From Mobula hypostoma (Eukaryota): 64,000 bases of DNA. A program made the position numbers and the translations under genes. The notes under the pieces were generated by a model. The model was given only the letters and a program-made list of their open reading frames with translations. It was not told the DNA's origin and did not search any database. Location: positions 190,898,001 through 190,962,000 of the forward strand of contig NC_086101.1 of assembly GCF_963921235.1 (NCBI RefSeq), read 5' to 3'. The first letter of the stretch is position 1, and each line of letters begins with the position of its first letter. Shown in pieces: positions 11,401 through 23,960 of this stretch.

Positions 11401-11693
11401 CTATTTTATCAATGTTATCCGGTAGCCTAAGACCATCTTCCTATCAACAACACGACCTATATTGTTATGTCACTGTAAAGTTTCCAATGGAATAACTGAA
11501 CAATTTTTGGGCTCATCTCCAGTTTTGTTGTCAAATACTGGTACGGACGATAAAATTTATCCTATGGGTAGTCCCATTCATGTCTCGATCCAAATCCCTT
11601 CAAAGGTTATAAGTGAATTGGGGAGAGGGAGTCGGATGTGCTGTCATTGTACAACGATCAATGCTCATGTTAACCGTTTTGTTCTGTCCACAG

Positions 11694-11709
11694 AAAGCGA
11701 CGAGACTGA
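11694..11709 (+). CDS. Candidate terminal coding exon giving a short basic cytoplasmic tail (R)KRRD*
   Basis: TTTTGTTCTGTCCACAG acceptor; phase 2 matches the TM exon end (AG+A=Arg) and gives stop-transfer-like RKRRD then TGA 11707-11709. Confidence 0.45.
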
Positions 11710-13019
11710 TCCACTGCAGGAGACTGGGAGGACCGGTTTTCCAAACACAAGGTGCAGCCGCCCCTCCGTGTGTGCTTCATCAGCTACCGCACTCTGGGTG
11801 CGGGCATTTCTGATCTGATTTCCAAATGGCTTTCCGATTTTCCCTTCTCTGCGTTTTATGGTTTCAGACCCGCTGACATTCAGAGTCTGCCTTGTCCTGT
11901 TGGAATTTTATACGCTTTTATGAGCTCCTGTTATTCCTCTCGATTCCAGTGACTATGGGGCCAACTGATTTAATCTCTCATCAGATAACAGTTCTGCTCC
12001 CTTTGGATCCTAGTAAACCTTGACTGATAAATCATCCCAACTCAGACAAATTCGAAACTGCACAAACTTCAGATAGGTTCTCTCTAAGGCCCTGTACAGC
12101 TACAGCGGCATCCTTTCTTCTGTTCTCAAATCAGCTTGCATTACGCCACCCTCAAAGATGGAGGTGTTGAAATTATTTCGCCCATCCAGTTCATTGTTGT
12201 TGACTTTGAGCAACTGGGCATAAATACAATTCCGTCCTTTAGTTACATCTTGCCACCTGGGAAAAGACCCGATTCCTCGTCCACTTTGTTAATAGAATCT
12301 GACATTTTAAATCCAAAGTTCTTTCAGTGGCGCGAATTGAACCCAACGGTTCATCACTGACTGGTTCTCTAAAGCGATGCCACAACCGCGACTCGACTAT
12401 GTCACCCGAAATTTAGGTTGAGCCTGGAGCAGGTTAGAAAGTTGGGTTAACATCGTGGGCCCACGGATCTCGAGCGAGCTGTGCTGTTTTATGTTCTGGA
12501 TCTTTTTGTGTGAAGGAAATTGGGTCATTCGGCAGCTGGTACCTGCTCTCCTCTCAAATACAAACATGCCTGATCATTTCCTGCAAATCCTGCATATTCC
12601 CGTTCTTTCCAAGATAATCAAAAATATATCGACCTTTGTCCTGAATAGTCTCAGCTGCTGGGCAAACATCCAACCGGATCGATTCGTTTGCAAGAATATG
12701 GCGAGTCCGTAGGCGCCCGATCGATCTCACGAGGATCACTTGGGCCTCATCGGCGCGGCTGGTACTTTCTTTTGGGAGTGGCTTTCGATTGTGCATGCGT
12801 TTCGTCACGCCAAACCGGGTTCGTCTCACCCGCACTATAAGTTACGCAGAGTGTATCCCAATTAACATCACTTAGTAAAAATGTTTAATCACACCACTGT
12901 CGTTCTTACTCTGCACATACTAGGGAACAACCACCGTCCAATTAATTGAAGAAATCCAACGGGAACACCATGTTCCACGTGAAGAAATGTTATCTGTCTT
13001 TCATTGTGTGTGTGTGTGT

Positions 13020-13560
13020 GTGTGTGTGTGGTGGGAGGGGGTGTACTCTTTAAAAATCGGGACAAGTTTGTTTTACACAGAATGTGATGCGTGGATTGAC
13101 GCAAGCTTCGTTGTTGATCAAATTCTAAGAATACTTTGCTCTCTGCTCGGCTTCCTGATATTTTCAGTTGAAAGTGTCTGTGTTTTGGCTTAACAGTTCC
13201 TCGACCTTCTACAGCATGTGAAAAAAGTCAGTATTTCTGGCCCAGTAAGGAAAGTGCAGCACTCAGGAGGCCCAAATACTGAGGTGTGAGTGACGAACAC
13301 AAGTGTTGTCTTTGCAGGGTTCGCAGTCAGTCTCAGGCTGGGGTACCAATAGCTGATTCATTCTTCACATTAATTTCATCCCAGTAACTGTAAAGCCCAG
13401 AGCCTGTGGCCACAGACTCGGGAATCATTGAACCAGTCCGAGATCAGCAGAAATTACTCGACCTCCTAGTGCGATGAACTGAGAGATTTGAGCAGAAAAT
13501 TCTTTACACGCCAATGGATTACATACATTGTTGTCTCCAGCACAGAAATGGATGGTCAAC
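13020..13560. repeat. Unclassified low-copy module; paralogs at ~21300-21520 and ~28140-28700
   Basis: Shared TTTTACACAGAATGTG, CTTTGCTCTCTGCTC, TTAACAGTTC and TGTCTTTGCAGG..GGGTAC..ATAGC.GATTCA blocks. Confidence 0.7.
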
Positions 13561-14266
13561 CAGGATCGTGCTGACTGGTGGAGCAGGGCTGGTCGACCGA
13601 ATGGTCTGCACACGTTAACTGGGGTCAGGCTGGTGGGTGGAGGGAAGAGGGAGGGACTGTTCCTTGAGGGAAACCGTCGCTGGAGCTGGGGGGACTTGGA
13701 TGAGCTGTGTTGTGGGGGCGGGGGGAATGGGGGGTGTCTGCTGGATTGAATCTGGTTTCAAGTGAAGCACTCGGAAAGGCTCCAATTTTCAACTGTAGCC
13801 ACGTTTGCGGGCTGTTCCCAGCATATCTTTAAGTGCTGCTTTTATACGCAAATGGTGAATTTCACGTGTGCTAAATCGATAAATGTACCTGAACGCATGT
13901 GATCTCGGACAACTTGTTAATGTGCTTCCATATTCCTTCAAAGTTCAAGGTAAATACATTAATAAAGTTCATATGTATCACCACGGACTAACCAAAGATT
14001 CATTTTCATACAGGTATTCACAGCAGAACAAAGAAATACAATAGAATCAATGACTGACTCATAAACAATGTGCAAAGTAGGCAAACCTTTGCACAAGGGA
14101 GAAACAAACATAAAACAACAGACAGATTGCATAGTTAGATAAATGGAGATATATAGATAGGTAGGTAGGTAGCTAAGTTGGTAGCTAGACAGATACATGG
14201 ATGGATAGATAGATGGATGGATGAAGAACATGATTTATAGGGTCCTTGAAACTGAGTCCATAATTT

Positions 14267-14600
14267 CTATTCAGTGATCAGTTTTGTGTTAATTTGAGTG
14301 ATTTTATCCACGGCGGTCGTGGTAGTTGAAGGGTAATAACTGTTCCTCAACCTGGTGGTGTGGGACCCGAGAGTCATGCATCTGCTTCCCGATGTCAACA
14401 GAGAGAAGAAAGCATGTTCTGCATGATGGGGGATCCTTGATGTCGAGCTCTGTTTTCTTGTGGCAGCGCTGCTTGTAAATCGGCTCAGTGTAGGGGGTGG
14501 TGCTGTGGGGGGTGGGTGGGGCTTTTCCTGTGACAGACTCCCTGTATCTACCACTTGTTGTTGGCTTTTCCTTTCTTGGGCATTGGTGCTTCGTCTCAAA
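14267..14600 (-). mobile_element. Rex1/Babar-type LINE 3' fragment
   Basis: HAFFSLLTSGSRC..HTTRLRNSYYP motif in ORF 14267-14599. Confidence 0.7.
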
Positions 14601-15149
14601 TATTAGTAGAGAATCATCTCTGGCCCTCAATTATTGATAAAGTTAGATTTGCATCTTGTTGGTATCTTTCCCTTTTTCCAACAAACTTTACATAAAATAG
14701 GATCCAAAATAATATTATACAGATGGAGAACAAAGGGTTATAAAGGAGTTTTGTGGAACGAGAGTTTTCACCTGGAAAGTTCATGATGCAATCAGAAAAC
14801 ACCTAAATAGGCAAGGCGTCGATGCCTACGCACCTCATGCGGTCAATTGGGATGTGTAGATGGGCGACGTTTTCAGTCCGCAGGACAAACTTTGCTCTGT
14901 ACAGAATTTTGACAATACTTAAGAGAAGTTTAAATAAGTACATGGATGGGGGAGTGAGGGACTTTTGGAGGACTATCTTGCATGTTTGAATCAATGATAC
15001 AAGGCAGAATAGCAGTTTGGTGCTGACTAGACAACTTCTTTCTAAATCCATCTGAAGCAGTCAACATGTTTGGCATTAATCTCTGTAACCTCACTGTATT
15101 AACTAAAACTTTTAATATTTTAAATTTGGAAGGTGATAATGCACATTGT

Positions 15150-15720
15150 GTAAATGACTATTAAACTTGCACATCTGACACCCGACGTACATTGGAGTAC
15201 CGCTTTGTCGATCACCTTCTGTCCACCTGCCAAAGGTTGGATTTACCTGTTGGAGGAGTAGCATCTTATATTCCGTTTGGCTGGCCTTGCACTTGATGGA
15301 ACGCATACCGATTTCTCCAGCTTCCGGTAAATCCCCCTCCCGTTCCCTCTTCTTCAATTCTCCACTCTGCCACTCCCCTACCTCTCTCATCTCCTCAGCG
15401 GCTAATCCCCGTGGTGGCCCTCCCACTGTAGTTTCCTTTTGCCAATGGTCCACTATCCTCTCTTATGAGATTTTCTTTTCTTCAGCAGCCATTTATCTTT
15501 TTAATCTATCTCCTCCCTGCTTCTTACTTCATCTCCCATCGCCCACCCACCTGGCTTCACCTAGCTTCCATTCCTCCACTGTTTTATTCTAGCTTCTTCC
15601 CCTTTCCTTTCCAAAATGATGAGTGATCTATGCCATAAACATTAAATGCTTATTCATTTCCATCGACGCTGCCCGACCTGTTGAATTTCCTCCGACATTT
15701 TGTGTGTGTTGTAGTAAATT
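15150..15720 (+). mobile_element. Decayed Penelope (GIY-YIG end + pLTR) remnant; similar remnant at ~24650-25330
   Basis: YIGVPLCRSPS / QHLIFRLAGL..DGT..DF-like readings, followed by a pyrimidine-rich pLTR. Confidence 0.6.
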
Positions 15721-17788
15721 ATTTAGCTGTATCTATAGATGCCATTTGAATTCAATAACTGTCCCGTGTTACTTATTACACAAAAGGAGGATATCCCGCC
15801 CATTGGACAATGCTGGCTCTCAGCGGAGCGGTCCCAGCTATCCCATTCCCTCTGTGTTTACTTGTAACCTGTCCTGTTTCAACATTACCCATTAACTGCC
15901 CCAGAATCTCCTGCCAATCACACGGGATAATTTATGTTATGAAATTAAATAATTATCCCACTCATCCTCGGACGAGGGAAAAGAACCAGAATACCTATGG
16001 GATACCCACCCACATTCACAGTGGAAACATGCAAATTCCACACAGAAATCGTCAGCAGCAGTAGTGTCAGTGACGCCAGGTCAATTCACGCCGGGGATTC
16101 TAAGGAGCTTGTTCATTTTTTCCCGGTACCGGGTGGGTTTTCTCCGGATGTTCCGGTGACTTCCCACAGTTCAAAGACGCATGGTTCTGAGGATAATTAG
16201 ACACTTGAGTTTATTTGGGCAGCGCAAGCTTGCTCCGTGCTCTATCTCTGAATAACAAATTAAACGTGTCCTCCATTACTAAGATATAGTTTTCTGTGTA
16301 AATTCGAGAGCAGGGTTTCTCAACTGGAGGTCCACGGTCCCTTTGCTTCAGGGTATTGCTCCATGACAAAAGTAAAAGTTTGGCAATCCTTGTACGAGAG
16401 GCATCTGTCCTTGTTAGACATGATCATGGATCTTGGATTAACAAAAGATAAGTGTAGGGGTTTGAAGCAGCAGAGTTCTTGTGATTGCGGCCTCCTCATC
16501 CGGCCTAAGGGATCGAGAGATATGTGGTTGCGGTGTAGAATGTCACTGAATTAGTTGCAGTTCAAGACCTTATGGTCTTAAAACATAATATTGACCAAGT
16601 CCTTGGGTGACACCGCCGGTGGACTGATGGTACACGGGACGTAATCCTGGTCCCGGTAGGTGATTCTATTGGATGACTGTGTGCATGAACTTCCCTTTTC
16701 CGATTTATTTCCCTTACATGCTTCCAGAGCCTAAGGCAGTGACGTTTGCTGAATGCTCTTCTGCACATCACTGTTGTAACGGGTGGTTATTTGACTTACC
16801 ACAGGACCATAATACATACGATCCGAATTAAGCCATTTGGCCCAATAGGTGTGCTCCGCTATTTCATCATGGACGATCTATTTTCGTAATCCTGCTTTGA
16901 AAACCCTTCAGTTTCAGCACATCCTTTCTGAGTTAAGGGGCCCAAATTGTTCGCAATACTCTAAGTGAAGCCCTTCCAGTGCTATATAAACTCCCAACAT
17001 TTCAACCTTCCGTTTATATTCAACTTCTTGAAATGAACGCTATCATCGCATTTGCTTTCTTCACCAGTCTCAACCTTGAAATTACCCATGAGGGAAACTT
17101 AAGCAAGGTTTCCCTAGTCATTTTACTCCGCTGTTTTTGATTTTGTAATTTCTCTGTATTTTCTTTGCATTAAAAAGTCAAACTTCATTTTCTTCTACCA
17201 ATGTGCATGAGCATACACTTACCGACAATGTATTCTCTCTCCACTTCTTTCCCCATTCTCCTGATCTGTCTCGGTCCTGCTGTAGTCGCTCCACTTCCTC
17301 AAAACTACCTTGCTTTCCACCTTTCTTCGTATAGTCTGCAATGTGTGCATCAAAGCCAACAATTCTGTCATCGAAATCATTAACCTAAGAATCGGTCCCA
17401 ACACAGGCCCCTGTGCAACATCACGAGTTACCGGCAGCCAACCAGAAAAAACTCCCTTTCTGCAACACACACAAGATGTGACAGGATCTCAGCTGGCTAG
17501 GTAGCATCTATGGAAAAGAGTAAACAGTCGTCGTTTCGGGCCAAGATCCTTCATAGCCCTGATTACTTTTATCCATGTTCGGATCTTCAGGGTAATACCA
17601 CGGGCTAGTAGCTTATTAAGCAACCTCATGTGTAGCACCTTGTCAAAGGACGTCTGAAAATCCAAATACACAACATGAACCGATTTTCCTTTATCTATCC
17701 TGCATTACACTCTCTTCAAAAAAATTCAAACACACTTGTCAGCAAGATTTTCCCTTGAGGAATCTATGCTGACTACGTCCTATGTTAT

Positions 17789-18959
17789 TGTCACGTACCC
17801 CGTGACGGGAATAAAGAGCCAGCTGAAATAGAAAACACTTTGGAGTCCAGTATTGATATAAACTAATTATATTTATAAGTAACTACGCAGTACAGTAATA
17901 TAAATGTAGATAAATCAAACAGGTTAGCAATGATGACATAGTCATAGTTATAGTCATACTTTATTGATCCCGCGGGAAATTGGTTTTCGTTACAGTTGCA
18001 CCATAAATAATTAAATAGTAAAAAACCATAAATGATTAAATAGTAATATGTAAATTATGCCAGGAAATAAGTCCAGGACCAGCCTATTGGCTCAAGGTGA
18101 CGGACCCTCCAAGGGAGGAGTTGTAAAGTTTGATGGCCACAGGCAGGAATGACTTCCTATGACGCTCAGTGTTGCATGTCGGTGGAATGAGTCTCTGGCT
18201 GAATGTACTCCTACGCCCACCCAGTACGTTATGTAGTGGATGGGAGACATTGTCCAAGACGGCATGCACATTGGACAGCATAAAAGTAAGTGTGGAATAT
18301 AAAGGTATGAAAAACCAAGCTTCTTTAAGTCTAGGGGTATGAACATACAGTCTTATGATGATGAGTAAAGTTCAGTTCAGTTCAGTTCAGTTCGTGGTAT
18401 TGAGTTGAGTAGTGATGGAGAGAAAGAGAGGGAAAGATTTGAGTCTTCAGGTGAGCTGACGCCGTCGATCTTCTCGCTGTCCTTCGAACTCCTTAAAAAA
18501 TCACCGACTGTGACTTTAACAAAGGGAACCGGTTTTCTGTGGTGGAGCTATACCCCAGGCGAGGGTGGCACATGGACAATTCCCCACCAGTCAACCCCTT
18601 TTTCCTTCTTTCCACTGCAAGAGCGACGGATCGATCCGCCTGATCAATCCTCCAAAACCCACTTTTCCAGCGGGCACACCAATGCTTATTCAGTGTCCAG
18701 ATGATGTGTCTGAGGTCTGTATCATCTGAGCCCCTATTTTATCTTCCCGTCCTTTGCATCAACTGTCATTCAAATAACTCCTCCTTCCTTTGTCTGTGAA
18801 AAACATACAAGCAGGCAAAAAGTCCTTGAAAAACTATCAACAGCCTTCCTTTGGTCACCATAGCAACTTTCGAGCTGCTCGGTGCCATCTCTCTCCAATT
18901 CAGCAGTCATCCAAAAGTTAACCAGTGCCTTAAAGTGACACTCCAATCAGTTAATCTTC

Positions 18960-19004
<45 letters not shown>

Positions 19005-19062
19005 AAACAAGCTGGTGTTAAATAACTCTCTCTCTTTCTTTTCAAAACTACAGTGTAGAGGG
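17789..19062. mobile_element. Probable solo LTR (begins TGTCACGTACCCC) containing a nested Rex/Babar 3' end at ~17940-18282
   Basis: TG start like the adjacent LTR; nested ORF 18084-18281 HPLHNVL..STFSQRLI..ERHRKSFLPVAIKLYN with an (ATAGTC)n tail. Confidence 0.6.
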
Positions 19063-19374
19063 TGTTACGTACCCTGTAACTGGGTTGCCAAACCAGCGGA
19101 AATGGATCACTCAGTTGGAGTCTGGATTACTAGAACTAAGAAAGTTTTATTAAAGAAACAGGCAACACAGTAATCGAAAGGATAATAAATGCAACAGTTC
19201 AGCAATGATAAACACACATGTGCACAGAATTAAGATAACAGCATCAATCAAGCTCTATCGTTGTCTAGGGGTAAATGACCAATTTCAAAGTGACACAAAA
19301 GTCCAGTTCGCTTTAATAGTTCAGTTCGCAGTAATCGCTGCCATGGCGATGGACAACGTGGGGGGGGGGGGGGG

Positions 19375-19413
<39 letters not shown>

Positions 19414-19942
19414 GGAACGACTCATCATTCAAAAACGGCTTCCACTCACAGACCGGCGATATTGCTCGCAAGCAGCTTTCCGGGCGGGTCCTTTGTGATG
19501 TCACCTGAGGTCACCGACTGTGACCCCTCCTCCAGATGCGGTCGATCCTCTGCAGTGAACCCGGCACCCAAGCGAAGGTGGACACACACCGGGTTCCCGC
19601 TGATCGTACCTTTCCACCCTGTGCGTTTAAGGTCCGGTACGTCCCACCGACTCGTGAGAGGCGCACCGCTTCCAGGGTCTCGTTACCTCGGGTGTCGTGT
19701 GTGTCTGCCTTAGCGAACCTGTCCCTTTTTATCCCCCTGCTGGGGTATCGCCTGTCCATCACTTCAAACAGTTCAGGGTTCAAAGGGGGAGCCGCTCCAG
19801 ACAGCTCTCTTTCTCCCGTCCCTTCATTACACATCTCCAGATGCTGCTTCATTGTTCCTTATCTCTCCTTCCCCTGAGGACAGGTGGCAGACCAACTGCT
19901 GATCTCACAGGACAGCTAACATCTATGTGTATTCTCGTCACA
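19063..19942. mobile_element. Solo LTR (Gypsy-like) with 4-bp target-site duplication
   Basis: TGTTACG...CGTCACA termini; AGGG at 19059-62 and 19943-46. Confidence 0.8.
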
Positions 19943-22829
19943 AGGGGTACTTCAGGATCCCGTCACATTATCATGTGGCCTATAAATTATTTTCTTCTGT
20001 CTCTTTCCCTTTTTGAAGAGTGGAGTGACATTTGCAATTTTCCAGTTTTCTGGAACCATTCCAGAAACTAGTGTTTCTTGAAAGATGATTATTACTGCCT
20101 CAACGATCTCTTCAGCCACCCCATTCAGAACCCTGGTGTGTACACCATCTGGTCCAGGTGACTCTTCTACCTTCAGACCTTTCTGTTCCCAAGAACCTTC
20201 TCACTAGCAATGGTGACTTCACACTTCATGTCCTCTGACACATGGAACTTCCACCATATGCCAGTGTCTTCCTCAGTGAAGACTGATTCAAAAGACTTAT
20301 TCCATTGGTACGCTATTTCATTTCCCCCATTACTACCTCTCCAGGATCGTTTTCCATCAATCCAATATCCACTTTCGCCTCACTTTTACAGTTTATGTAT
20401 CTGAAGAAACGTTTGGTATCCTTAAAAGCTTCCACAGACTAAGGCAGAGATTTTTGCTGGAAATCCTAACACTACAGATGCAGGAAATGAGAAATATGTT
20501 TCATTTTTTATATTGTTAAGCATCCAGTCAAATTTAATATCAGTGACGTATGCCAGTGGCCGTTTTACTAGGTACATTTGCTCGTTTAATCCAAGGACCT
20601 AATCAACTAATCATATGGCGGTAACTAAACACAAAAAAGCATGCAGATGTGGACAAGAATTTCAGCTATTTTCAGATCACATATCAGAATGGGGAAGGCA
20701 TGAAATTTGAGTGACGTTCGCCATGGATTGTTTGATAGTTTGTAAAGAACGAGTGAACCCAAACGCAGGACACTGGCACGGAGATAGAGTTGGGATGCAG
20801 ACGAGGACGAGAATGTGGCTGGAGCTGAACGGCAAACAGGAGGATGAACGGAAAGGCAGACGGCAGTCAATACTCCTCTTGACGCGGAGCGCCAGAGTTA
20901 CACAGGCAAAGCTCAGTACTGAAACAAAACTTAGAATACACAGTCCTAAGCAGCCGGGAACGTGGATTACCACACTGGCTGAAAGCAACGATCTGGCCAT
21001 GAGTGGATGCAAAGCCGGGATATTTACGCTGCAGGTCTAGATGAGAATCAGGTGTCCCGCAATCAAAGGGAATTAATAGAATATGAGGAATCAACGGTTT
21101 TCTGGTTTTCCCTTTTTCTGTTCGGTCCTCTGATTCAGGCAGCTGATTCATATTTTGGGCTGGCTACATAAATAACTCCTTGGTTCAGCTTCAGTTGTTG
21201 GACTGTTCCAGTCCCTTCACCTTCTGCCTGAAGCCTTTGCCTGAAGACTTGCCTTCAACAGACTTGCCTGCGTGTGTGTGTGGGGGGGGGGCGGGGGGAG
21301 TGCGGAGAATCGGGGGAGGATGGATGCAGTTTAAAAGAGCAGGGCATGTTTATTTTACAGGAAATGTGGGGAGTGCATTGAGACACACTTTGCTGTAGTT
21401 CCTTTAAGTTCTACGAATAACTCTGCTCTTTGCTCTGCTTCCTGATTCCTTTAAGTCATAAGTGTCAGTGTTGTGGTTTAACAGTTCGCAGGCATGCTAC
21501 TGCATGCGAAATATGTGAAAAAAAATGAGCATCTCAGGCTCAGCATTCAGGAGATGTCCAAAATATCGAGAGTGAAGAACTCTAGGGTGCCGCTGGCAGC
21601 CTCAGGGTGGGGAGACAATAGTTGATTGATTCATAAATTTGATTACAAACCTTTGTCAGATCTTCCCTCAGCATCTGCCACTCAAAAAAACACAAGTTTG
21701 TCCAGATTCACACATGCACTCTAAACCAAGCAGCATCATGGCAAATCTCTTCTGCACTCTCTCCAAAGATCAATATCGAAATTCTGAGATTTATGGAATG
21801 GACTGTTGCTCATATTGGCCTCTTACAGCCCTATATTTTTCTCTTGGTCTCGCCCATTACTTCTTGCTGCGGATCGGCGGGCTGGGGTTTGTGTGATCTG
21901 TTGGTTTTTGTGTCAGGGAGGGGTTGGGGGTGCTTGGGGTTTGTAGGTTTTTGTTTATTTCTTTTCATGCAGCAGCGCATTGATGTCTGTCAACATAGGA
22001 TTTTCTGTGCTCTATAGCGATCTGGAGAAGACAAATTTCAGAGTTCTATTATGCATATATAACTTTGATGCCAAAATGAACCTTCGAATATATTGCAGAT
22101 AATGGAAACCCAGAGTAACACACAAAAACACGCAGGAGGAATTCAGCAAATCAGGAAACGTCAAATGGAAAGGGACAAACAGCGGATATTTTGGAATGAA
22201 GCCCTTTATCAATCTAATCCTGATGAAGAATCTTGGCCAGAACTGTCAACTGTTTATTTGGATTCTAGTTGCTGCCTGACCTTCTGAGGTCCTGCATAAT
22301 CTTGCAATGGCAAAGAGATTAAAGGTGAAGGATCCTAAGGTGAATGGTCCATCATGATTGCGTTGACTGGGGGAGCAGGGTCAGACAGCCAAATGGCCTA
22401 CATCTGTTAACGGCTCTCACAGTGGTAGGTGGGTGTAAAGGGCGGAATTGTCCCTCAGAGGGAAAAAGCGGGTAAAGTTGGGCGCATGCGTGGTGAAGGG
22501 ACTATGGAATAAGTAAAGGAAGGACTTTTCCTGAGCGAGAACATGGAGCTGGAACTCGAGGATGTGTGGGGTAAGGAAGCTGTGGAATGGAATCTGGTTC
22601 CAGGTGAAGTACATGGGACGTAAGATCTAGAATCCCTGAAACTGTGTTCAGAAGCTGTGTTCAGTGATCAGTTTTGTGTTGAGGTAGGTGAAGTTATCCA
22701 CACTATTTCAGAAACCTGATGGCTGAAGGGTAATAACTCTTCCTTAAACTAAGGGTCATTTATTTCCTCCCTGATAGCAGCAAGAGAGAAGGGAGCGTGG
22801 GTTGGGGCTCTGCTGCTTTTAAGTGTGTT

Positions 22830-23960
22830 CATAGAAACATAGAAAATAGGTGCAGGAGTAGGCTATTCGGCCCTTCGAGCCTGCACCGCCACTTATTATG
22901 ATCATGGCTGATCATTCAACTCAGAACCCTGCACCAGCCTTCCCTCCATACCCCCTAATCCCCTTAGCCACAAGGGCCATATCTAACTCCCTCTTAAATA
23001 TAGCCAATGAACTGGCCTCAACTGTTTCCTGTGGCAGAGAATTCCACAGATTCACCACTCTCTGTGTGAAGGAGTTTTTCCAAATCTCGGTCCTAAAAGG
23101 CATCCCCTTTATCCTCAAACTGTGACCCCTCGTTCTGGACTTCCCCAACATCGGGAACAATCTTCCTGCATCTAGCCTGTCCAATCCCTTTAGGATTTTA
23201 TACGTTTCAATCAGATCCCCCGTCAATCTTCTAAATTCCAACGAGTACAAGCCCAGTTCATCCAGTCTTTCTTCATATAAAAGTCCTGCCATCCCAGGAA
23301 TCAATCTGGTGAACCTTCTTTCTACTCCCTCTACGGCAAGGATGTCTTTCCTCAGATTAGGGGACCAAAACTGCACACAATACTCCAGGTGTGGTCGCAC
23401 CAACGCCTTGTACAACTGCAGTAGTACCTCCCTGCTCCTATACTCGAATCCTCTCGCTATAAATGCCAGCATAGCATTCGCCTTTTTCACCGCCTGCTGT
23501 ACCTGCATGCCCACTTTCAATGACTGGTGTATAATGACACCCAGGTCTCGTTGCACCTCCCCTTTTCCTAATCGGCCACCATTCAGATAATAATCTGTTT
23601 TCTTATTTTTGCCACCAAAGTGGATAACTTCACATTTATCCACATTAAATTGCATCTGTCATGAATTTGCCCACTCACCTAACCTATCCAAGTCACCCTG
23701 CATACTCTTAGCATGCTCCTCAAAGCTAACACTGCCGCCCAGTTTCGTGTCATCCGCAAACTTGGAGATGCTGCATTTAATTCCTTCATCCAAGTCATTA
23801 ATATATATTGTAAACAACTGGGGTCCCAGCACTGAGCCTTGCGGTGCCCCACTCGTCATTGCCTGCCATTCTGAAAAGATCCCATTTATTCCCACTCTTT
23901 GCTTCCTGTCTGCCAACCAATTCTCTATCCACATCAATACCTTACCCCCAGTACCGTGTG
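22830..23960 (-). mobile_element. 5'-truncated CR1 LINE (RT C-terminal part, 3' UTR, tail)
   Basis: ORFs 23659-23988 ([22 protein letters not shown]) and 22921-23655; (CATAGAAA)n tail. Confidence 0.95.

Larger units (their letters stand above)
16800..20420 (-). mobile_element. Old CR1 LINE fragments (16800-17788 and 19947-20420) interrupted by nested LTRs
   Basis: ORFs FSGWLPVT..QGPVLGP and YLDFQ..FDKV.H.RLL; 19980-20200 aligns with the CR1 at 34900-35100. Confidence 0.7.

Noticed and set aside
11613-11818. Longer cytoplasmic tail or ITIM from other frames of the 11694 exon
   Set aside because: They need a phase 0 or 1 junction, which the TM exon donor does not give, and contain no Tyr-based motif
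13197-13400. TNF-receptor-like cysteine-rich reading of the triple module
   Set aside because: Cys positions and frames are not conserved among the three copies and stops interrupt each; kept only as an unclassified module
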